Shown: positions 44,442 to 53,400 of the stretch, piece by piece | Layout of the letters: every line of letters starts with the position of its first letter | Position numbering within the stretch: position 1 is the first letter of the stretch | DNA from: a virus | Lineage: Duplodnaviria > Caudoviricetes | Length of the DNA: 64,000 bases | Strand: one strand, 5' to 3' | IMG/VR virus record: IMGVR_UViG_3300020403_000006 | Coordinates: 4,339-68,338 of that record | Notes under the pieces: model-generated | The model's input: the letters and a program-made list of their open reading frames with translations, nothing else | The model's database searches: none | What the model was told of the DNA's origin: nothing | Position numbers and translations under genes: made by a program

Positions 44442-45412
44442 TGTTTAATAGTGGACATTTTTGGAATCTAGAAAAAGATTTTTATAGCGAATCAACGAAT
44501 GCTAGCCCCTCAAACTACAACTCGTACAAAGAATTTATTACAGGCTCAAAAGTAGATAGTGTATTGAAAAATTTTGAATACGAAGATCCTTTTAATTTTG
44601 TACCCTCTTATGGTTCGTCAGCTTCTGTTGGTTTTTATTCTAATATAAATGAATTTGGAGATAATTATATCAACTCTAATCAGGGTGGAGTATTAAACAG
44701 GGTAGCTCTTAGTCTTGATTTAAATTTTACAAACAGAGGTAATGCGGAATCAGAGAGAATAATAAATTATATAAAATCTAAAGAGGGGGGAGAAAAATTC
44801 ATATTTCAACCAACTCCCAATGCAGGACTCTCTCCACAAGATGCCTATAAATCTTTGTATTCTATTCAACCATATTTCGCTCAAGAATTTTCTTGTGACA
44901 ATATTGATATCGAGCACGAATATATAGATCACAATAATATTTCATTATCATTCACTAATGAAGATTACTCACAATTTTCTGTTAGAAATTTATTAAGAGT
45001 AAATAGCATGCCTCAAGAGAAAAAAGACATAATAGACGATTATTCTTCTAGATACCACTTGGACATAGAGCCTTCTTATACCATAAAGAGAGACGAGCCA
45101 CTTCATTTAACTAGATTTAGATTTAATAGCTCAAGAACTCATGATGGCGAAGGTGGTGTAAATAGATCTCAAACAAATATAGAATTAAATTACAATGGAA
45201 TTACTGATGAAATATTATTAAAACTATTAGCGTTCTTTTACTCAAAACAAGGACACGAAACATTTACATTTACCCTTAAAGAACCAGAAGAAAAAACATT
45301 AAATTTTTTCTGTCACACTGTTCAGCATACATATTTATTTAAAAACTCAAATGATTTGACGGTTACACTAGAGGAAGATTACATAAGAAGGAGATTAAAT
45401 TGGGGGTATTGA
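44438..45412 (+). CDS. Minor tail protein with duplicated gpM/Dit-like domain
   Basis: Two halves, each PSY...LNF/Y...IL.Y/FF.SK.G.E.F.F...F.C; precedes the gpL-like gene. Confidence 0.6.
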   Translation: MMFNSGHFWNLEKDFYSESTNASPSNYNSYKEFITGSKVDSVLKNFEYEDPFNFVPSYGSSASVGFYSNINEFGDNYINSNQGGVLNRVALSLDLNFTNRGNAESERIINYIKSKEGGEKFIFQPTPNAGLSPQDAYKSLYSIQPYFAQEFSCDNIDIEHEYIDHNNISLSFTNEDYSQFSVRNLLRVNSMPQEKKDIIDDYSSRYHLDIEPSYTIKRDEPLHLTRFRFNSSRTHDGEGGVNRSQTNIELNYNGITDEILLKLLAFFYSKQGHETFTFTLKEPEEKTLNFFCHTVQHTYLFKNSNDLTVTLEEDYIRRRLNWGY

Positions 45413-45448
45413 TCGAAAATAACTAATTACAATTTATTATAATAAGAC

Positions 45449-46360
45449 ATGGCTTTCAAGAAAACAGAGAATATAAATCAAGAAATTTTTGGAAATAGCA
45501 AAAGTTTAATGATTACTTTATGGGAGATATCTCAAATAGCGAATAGTGATGAAGTTATAAGGTTCCATGGAGGCGTTAATAATATGCATTACTCTTTATT
45601 TTTTGATAGTAAGGAATATTTTTATATACCATATGAAGGCTCTGATTTTAGTACTAGATCTGACGGAGGATTGCAAAGACCAAAAATAAAAATTATAAAT
45701 TTTTCGGGGTTTTTATCTAGATATTTAATCGGAAAAGATGATATGCTTAAAGCTAAAGTAGTTCGAAAGAGAACTTTCTTAAGGTTTCTCGATAAGGAAA
45801 ACTTTTTGGATTACGACAACGAGAGGCAATATTGGGCAAAGGAAGGTGTTAACCCAGACCCATCATCAACATTAAGACCTGATGTTTGGTATATAAATCA
45901 AAAAACTGAAGAAAATAAATATTTTGTAGAATTTGAATTATCAAATGCTTTGGACCTAGAGGGTGCGACTTTACCAAGAAGACAAATTATAAACAATTAT
46001 TGCACATGGAAATATAGAGGTAAAAACTGTGGTTATAATGGAAACCCTTGTGCTGATTATAATAATGTTAAATTTGATAAAACTTCTTTAAATCCAAGAG
46101 GTTTATGGCAGGAAGGTCAATCCTATGCTCAACAAGATGTTGTTTATCTTGTTACAGAAGAGGGGAATGACACCAGAAATGTAGTATATATATGTACAGA
46201 AGCTCACACAGCAACTCCGCAAACAAAACCGTCAGTAAATACAAGCAAATGGGTAACAGATGCTTGCTCTAAAACCTTAACTGGTTGCAAATTAAGATTT
46301 CCAGTGTCCTGGAAAGAAGGTATTCCTTTTGGTGGGTTTCCAAGTAGTAGAATATTTTAA
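45449..46360 (+). CDS. Minor tail protein L-like with CBM5/12-like insert
   Basis: RPKIKI, RKRTFLRFLD, FELSNALD, CTWKYRGKNCGY, DACSKTLTGCKLRF, PFGGFP; four cysteines as in lambda gpL. Confidence 0.88.
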   Translation: MAFKKTENINQEIFGNSKSLMITLWEISQIANSDEVIRFHGGVNNMHYSLFFDSKEYFYIPYEGSDFSTRSDGGLQRPKIKIINFSGFLSRYLIGKDDMLKAKVVRKRTFLRFLDKENFLDYDNERQYWAKEGVNPDPSSTLRPDVWYINQKTEENKYFVEFELSNALDLEGATLPRRQIINNYCTWKYRGKNCGYNGNPCADYNNVKFDKTSLNPRGLWQEGQSYAQQDVVYLVTEEGNDTRNVVYICTEAHTATPQTKPSVNTSKWVTDACSKTLTGCKLRFPVSWKEGIPFGGFPSSRIF

Positions 46361-46746
46361 TGACAAAAAAAATTATAGATGAAATCAAGTTAATATCTAG
46401 GAATAATGAACCTTTTGAAGCTTGCGGTTTTATTTTAAAAAAAAATAAAAAATATTTAACAGTGGAATGTGAAAATATTTCCGAAAATCAAGAAACTAAT
46501 TTTGAAATATCAAGTAAAGAGTATTTATTTGCATTTAAAAATTATGAAATAATTTCCATTTTTCACTCTCATGTTATAGGTGATGAAACCTTCTCCCAAG
46601 AAGATTTAAATATTTCAAATGAGCTGGATATACCAATTATAGTGTACAGCCTAAAAACAAATAATATAAATTTCTACAACCCATCAAAAAAAAGACACAA
46701 GAAAATTAATTCTTTTTTTCAAAAAGAAGGTGCTGTTGTTGTGTAA
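46360..46746 (+). CDS. Tail assembly protein K-like JAB/MPN peptidase (no NlpC/P60 domain)
   Basis: EACGFI plus intact HSH-x7-S-x2-D JAMM motif. Confidence 0.85.
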   Translation: MTKKIIDEIKLISRNNEPFEACGFILKKNKKYLTVECENISENQETNFEISSKEYLFAFKNYEIISIFHSHVIGDETFSQEDLNISNELDIPIIVYSLKTNNINFYNPSKKRHKKINSFFQKEGAVVV

Positions 46747-46767
46747 ATTATATTAAGGCATAAGGAT

Positions 46768-47472
46768 ATGAATGTTTTTTTACATGGCAAGCTGGGGCAG
46801 AAATTCGGCAAAGAATGGAGTTTAAATATTAAAACTCCAAATGAAGCATTGAGAGCAATAGATGCAAACACCAGTGGTTTCTTTAAGTATATTGCGGATA
46901 AAGAAAACCAAGACATAAAATACAGGGTTTATATAGATAAAAATCCAGTTATGTGTTCTGAAGAGATGGGAATCGACATTCAAAATAAAAAAGATTTACA
47001 TTTCTTTCCTATAGTAAAAGGAAAAGATCGAAACGGAGATATGATGATGTATGGTGGAGCTGGAATGGCTGCGGGCTGGGGACTTGGGGAATGGGGGGCA
47101 TCCATGGGAGACACTTGGTACGGAAACTTAACATCGTGGGTTGGAGATCTAGTTTTTGAAATTGGTGCTGCTGTTTTTTTGCAAGGAGCTATAGGTGGAC
47201 TAATGGATGATCCTCCACCGCCACCCACGGAACCGCAAGGACCTACACAAAAGAACACCAGCTCTTATATATTCTCAAGACCTCTTAATAACACAGTCCA
47301 AGGTGCTCCAGTTCCTTTGGGATACGGAAGATTAAGGGTCGGAAGTCATGTGATATCCTCGTCAATATTGAACTGTAGATTAAACGCGTTTGATAGTGTA
47401 GCAGGCGAAACTGTTGATGAAAATGGTAATACGGTTGGTGCAATTAGCATAGACCAATATTCGGAAATATAA
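46768..47472 (+). CDS. Tail assembly protein I-like
   Basis: VFLHGKLGQKFG...EALRAI ubiquitin-like N-domain; SYIFSRPLNNTVQGAPVPLGYGRLRVGSHVISS. Confidence 0.88.
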   Translation: MNVFLHGKLGQKFGKEWSLNIKTPNEALRAIDANTSGFFKYIADKENQDIKYRVYIDKNPVMCSEEMGIDIQNKKDLHFFPIVKGKDRNGDMMMYGGAGMAAGWGLGEWGASMGDTWYGNLTSWVGDLVFEIGAAVFLQGAIGGLMDDPPPPPTEPQGPTQKNTSSYIFSRPLNNTVQGAPVPLGYGRLRVGSHVISSSILNCRLNAFDSVAGETVDENGNTVGAISIDQYSEI

Positions 47473-47475
47473 ACC

Positions 47476-50400
47476 ATGGCTACTGTCAACGCTAATGCAT
47501 CGGATACTGAACCAAGATTGTTTTTTAGAACAGTCACTGGGAATTTCAATCCGTCAGACGAAGACAAAGAAAAGTTACAATCAACTTCTTTCTTAAAAGC
47601 ATTAGATCTTATATGTGAAGGTCCAATCGAGGGATTTTGTAACCAAACTGGAGAATTAGTTTCTGGACAAAATATACTTGAGGGGATATATTTAAACGAA
47701 GTACCTATAAAGCAAACCAACGATTTTGATCCGTTTGGTCAATATAATTTTAGAAATGTACAATTAGCATACAAAAAAGGTGCTGGAGATCAAGAGCCAT
47801 TTTTTACAGGACAAGGTTGTGGGTGTGCCAGCACTGCTGTTGACAATTTTTATTGGTTGCAAGATTTTTCTTATGCATCGCAGACGATACCTAAAAATAT
47901 AAATTTAGACAATCAGACTGTCGTTGAAAAACAACCGAACGGACAAGCTTTAAAACTCTTATCACAGGGAAGTCATGCTGTAGTAGATCAAGATGTAGAC
48001 TGGCTTGGTGTTACCCTTGGAATAAGTCAATGTTATAACATAGATGCTGAAGGCGAGCAGAAACCAAATAAAGGAGCTTTTCACATATGGGGCGACATAA
48101 CTGGTTATGTTCACAGAAGCCTTCCTGCTGGAACTACGGGGCATATTGTAGATGATGGAGTAAATGAACATAATTTATTTGTAGAGTTCGATGGTTTGGC
48201 CTTGTCAAATTATAGAGAAGATGTTTTCTTAAAACTAAAAGACGTTAAAGACCTTAAAAAAAATAGACCTAGGCAAGTCTATATAAGAAACATTACTCAA
48301 GCATCAACTTCATTTAAGTCAAAATTTGCTGGAACATTAGAGTCTGTAACTGAAATAGTAGACCAAAACTTAAAATACCCATCGTCAGCATTGGTGGCTT
48401 CAGAAGTAAGTGCGGAATCTTTTGGTAGCCCACCTCAACGATCATTCCATTTAAAATTAAAAAAAGTAAAAGTTCCCAGCAACTATGTAGAAAAGCAAAT
48501 AGGAGAAGACGGTCCTACAAAAAAAAGAGCTTACCATTCTGCTTACGGACCCAAAGGCAGCAAGCATACCAGCGAAGAAAGGCACGAAGGGGTGTGGGAT
48601 GGTAACTTTAAGACTGAATTAGAGTGGACTGATAATCCTGCATGGATACTTTATGATTTAATTACTAATGATAGGTATGGATTAGGTGAATACATAAAAG
48701 ATGTAAATATAGATAAATGGGAATTATATAAAATAGCAAAATATTGTGATGAGCTAGTAAACACATCAATGTCTGACAGCAGTGGTGTGGATTTTATAAG
48801 AGAAAGAAGATTTTCTTGTAATATATTACTTCAAAATGCGGCTGATGCATATCAAACAATAAATGAAATATCTTCCATATTCAGGGGGATGACTTATTTT
48901 AATAATTTAGAAATATTTGTATCTATAAACAGTTTAAAAGAATCTATTCTAAATTTTACCAATGAAAATGTATTAGACGGTTCGTTCAGGTATAGCGGAA
49001 CCCCAAATCACACAAAATTCACAGCTGTAAAAATTGCCTACAAAGATAAAGATGATTCTTTTTTACCAAAATACGAATACATAGAAGACCCAGAGGGTAT
49101 TATAAGGTACGGAATAATCCTGAAAGAATCCAGTGCTATAGGATGCACATCTAGAGATCAAGCTTTAAGGTTAGGTAGATGGATTCTGCTTACATCAAAC
49201 TTAGAAGAAGAAACGGTAAATTTTGTAACAGACAGGCAAGCTGAATACATAGAGCCTGGAGAAGTTTTCTCGGTTTACGATAAAAATCGAAGTGGCTTCA
49301 GGGTAGGGGGTAAGGTAAAATTTGTACAAGGATCAAAAAACAGCGTAAACGAAAATTTTATACTACTAGATCAACAAATAGATACTGGAAGTTATAATTA
49401 TAATAGCATAAGCTTTTTAATACCTGGTAAAGATTTTAATACAGATAATAGCCAGTATAAGGAATTTATTCATAGGAATGGCTATAATATTGGGGGTCAA
49501 GATAATGGTGATAGATCTTGGGGTAAAACACCTATTAATTCTAATACATCAAACAATACGACTCTTAACAATTATTTTGAAAATACAACTTCTGGAACGA
49601 AAATATTAACCGATGAAGATGAAGATTTAATCTTAATAGATCCCTTAAGCACTCAAGATTCTTTCATAAGCAATAATGCAAAACATAAAACTCTAAATGA
49701 TTACCTACTTCAAAGCGGGGTTTTAAATCAAGGTGGCATAAGAGATGGGGCAGATAGATGTACAGGAACCCAAAAAATAAGAGAAGGTGCTATTTTCTTA
49801 CTTCATGGAGAATCCAAAGCGGGCGAAACAGACGAATTTAAAAGTAAAGATTTTCAATTATTATCTAAGTCAGATAATGGAGATGGAACATATTCTATGG
49901 TTGGATTAGAGTATGATTCTGGTAAATTTGCCCAAACCGATGACCTCTCTACTATTTATACGGATACAACTTTTGATTACGACTTAGATGATACTAAGAA
50001 ACCAACAGGTCCTGGAGATGAGCCTCCTGGCTTGGTTGTAGGCCCCCCTGGACCCCCTCAAATAATAAATTACGGTTACCCAAAAGAAAATACTGTAGAT
50101 TTAATTGTTAGAACTTCGGGGGTTATAAATTCTCAGGGAGAAAGTATATCAAAGGCATTTTACTATTTCCATAACACAATGGAAAATGCAAAATACTACC
50201 AGAATGGACTTTCGGTAGGCGATAGATATCAAATTAGGGTACAGCAAATAACAGAAGAATATTACGGATCTATTTTAGGTACTATACAAAATGCAAAAAA
50301 TGTATTACAACAAGGTCAATATGTAGTTTCTGGAATTCAAGATTGTGGTGAATATAATGTAATATACGACAATGCTAACCCAGATCTAAATAAAAGATTT

Positions 50401-53400
50401 ACTCCAAGCGGTAAAGCATTGGTAGCAGGAACTCAAAACGTTCAATTATCTATACCAAATTATAACGAAGCAAAATTTAATCCATTCATTAAGATAGAAC
50501 GCCCAAGAAATACACTAGAATTTGACGATCTAAAACTTGAAGGGTGTACTGTTTTTTCTAAAAAATATGATGATGTAATTACTGGAAATGTTCTGTCTGG
50601 AGAATTTGAACTCCCAGATCCAGATGCATACTACGAATTAAGATGGAATGAAGCCAATAGTTTAGGCGAGAGTCCTGAAAAAATAATGATATTTAAGGGG
50701 TCTAAAGATAAGATCCCTCCAGCTACACCAACTGATTTTGTATTAAGTATTAATAATATTTTTCCAAATGTTTTAAATTTTAATTGGAAGCATCAGGCAG
50801 AAATAGATTCAGACTTAGCGGGTTTTAGAATATACACTGGTCATATAGGCGGGACAAATACAGATATGGAGTTTACGGATTTTTCTTCGCAAAAAAATCC
50901 CCATAACACATATAATGATCCTATTCCTGGATCTTCTTTCGGTGAAATAATGGGACCTAATGCAAGGTACTATACATACGAAGCTAATACTAAAGATGGC
51001 ACGATAAAAAATGATGCAGGAGAACAGATAAGTTTTGGAGAAACTGGAGCTTTTCACCTTAGAGCTTTTGACTTTTCACAAAACTTAAGTGACCCTGTGA
51101 ATAGTAATGCATTAACTCTTTTTGGTTTTGCATCTGCTCCAGAATTAATCCTTTCTGGAGAAATAAGAGAAGAAGGTTTGGGTACAGATACTTATGGAGC
51201 ATTTCCAATACTACATGCTTTTTATTCTGGCAATTTTCACAATTTTGATGCATTCAAAAAGTATCTATTAAAAATCCACGACCAAACAAATGGATTTGGA
51301 GTACCCCAAAGATTTAGTATCACAAAAGATGAGATTAAAACAGCCCCAGCTATATATAATGCTGGAGCATCTGGTCATCTTGAGATAAGATCGGTGCTGC
51401 CAGAATCTGAATATTTTGGGCAATTAGTTGCGGTAACAAATGATGACAGAGAGTCGCCTGAAGGGACGGATACAGCTAGAATAGGTAAAGATGAGTTCCC
51501 TCCAGGAAAACTTCAAAATTTTAGGGTAAGAAAGCAGTGGTCTAATTTTAAATTTTCTTGGGATAAGCCTCCAGAATATGATGTAGCTAAGGTTCTTCTT
51601 TTTACTGGAAGCGGATACCAAAATTTCGGAATAAACAAAGCCACAGAAAGTACTGTAACTAAGTTAGAACAACCTGCCAATCAAGCACCTGTGTTTGAGA
51701 TGTTCGGGGCTGTTGATCCAATGGATAGTCCTATTTATAGGATAGATAAATTTAGAGACGAAGGTAAAGAATCTTGGGAAAAAACAAGGTTTCCTTTTCA
51801 TGTAGTTCCCGTTGATACCTCCAATAATACAGGGATGTATTCGGACTACACTTATAGGTATGTAAATTTGGCGGGGCCAGAAGTTCATACCAGCGGATCA
51901 TTGGCGGAAGATGGAAGATCTATGATTCATGTGTTCTATTCTGGAATAGCTCAACACGATGAATCTTTTAAATCATACGAAACAGAATACCAAGATACAT
52001 CTCAATTTGAGATACAAAACTTTAATCATCCAGTAAAAGCATCATACGATCCATCCGCTGAAGGTTTAGGTTCTGGTCATTTCGCTTTTGAAGCTGTAGG
52101 TAGTCATTTTTATGATGTAAAAGTTAGGGCAATATTCGATTCTTTCGAGTCAAATTACTCAACAGACACGATACTTACAAATCATTTATATGGAATAACT
52201 AGCCAAGATATTTATGCTCCGCCTGATGAAATTCCTCCTGGTCCATGTACTTGGATTGCTTCTCAAAAGAATGGAGGTAATATATTTTTATCTTGGAAGA
52301 ATCCGCCAGATAGAGATCTTTCCCACATAAATCTATATACTGGTTATCAAAATTTTACAGGCACCGAATATGGCACAAAGTTACATCAGCAATCTCTGGC
52401 TATATCTGACCTGATTCCACTAAAAGATTTTGCTAAAAATGCTAATAGCGATTTATATTTTTGGTTAAGGGCGGTTGATACATCAAATAATACTGGAGAT
52501 TGGAGTGTGGGTAACGCACAATACGATGTACTTCCCCATAATAGCGGTCAACGGGCTTCCATAGGTGTCCCAGAGCCTTTACATAGAAAACATATCATTG
52601 TTAATAGTGGTATTAATGTAGATGAAGATGGAGATGGGGCAGCTACAGCATTTATAGAATACCAAATAACTGGTGTCTTGGATTACCAGCAATCATATTA
52701 CAAAGTAGATCTTGCAAGAAATTCTTTATATAACCCATTGGTTGCGACACAAACTGCAGAAATAGAGCATGGTCCAAAAACCAACAGTATGACGGGTAGC
52801 GGTGTGTTTAATGGGCTTCTATGTAATAAAGATTATTACTTAAGAGCAAGGGTTCATGAGCATGATGGTAGACATAGTGACTATAGCGATGCTTGGCAAA
52901 ACCCAATAAGAACACCTAGAGATAATACTTTACCAATAGAAATGCAAAATTTCTATATTACCTCTGGACCTAAGCAAGTATTTTTAGAGTGGGACTGGGG
53001 GAACGGGATATCAAGAGATATATCTCATATATATGTTTATAGAACTGGCATACCTACAGGCAGATTAAACGAAAAGTCTTCTAAAGAAAAATATTGCTGG
53101 AAGATGTCTGATATAAGTGGTTACTTTAAAGATAATCCAGATGAATATTATTATAAACTAAGCGCCTCGACCTCTTATACAGACAATGAGATTGTAACTG
53201 GAATGCTTTCGGGACAAGGTGTTGACCTTAATCCTGGAACAGTTAGGCAAGAGCCTTACTACTTTTATTTTCTTCAACCAGAAGATAGGTCTCAAAACAG
53301 AAGTGCAAATTTTGTTTCTGGAGTGTCTAGAGATGCTCATAATTTCTACTATACAAATAAAGCAAAAACAGAAGTTTCAAATTATGTAAATTCGCTTTAT

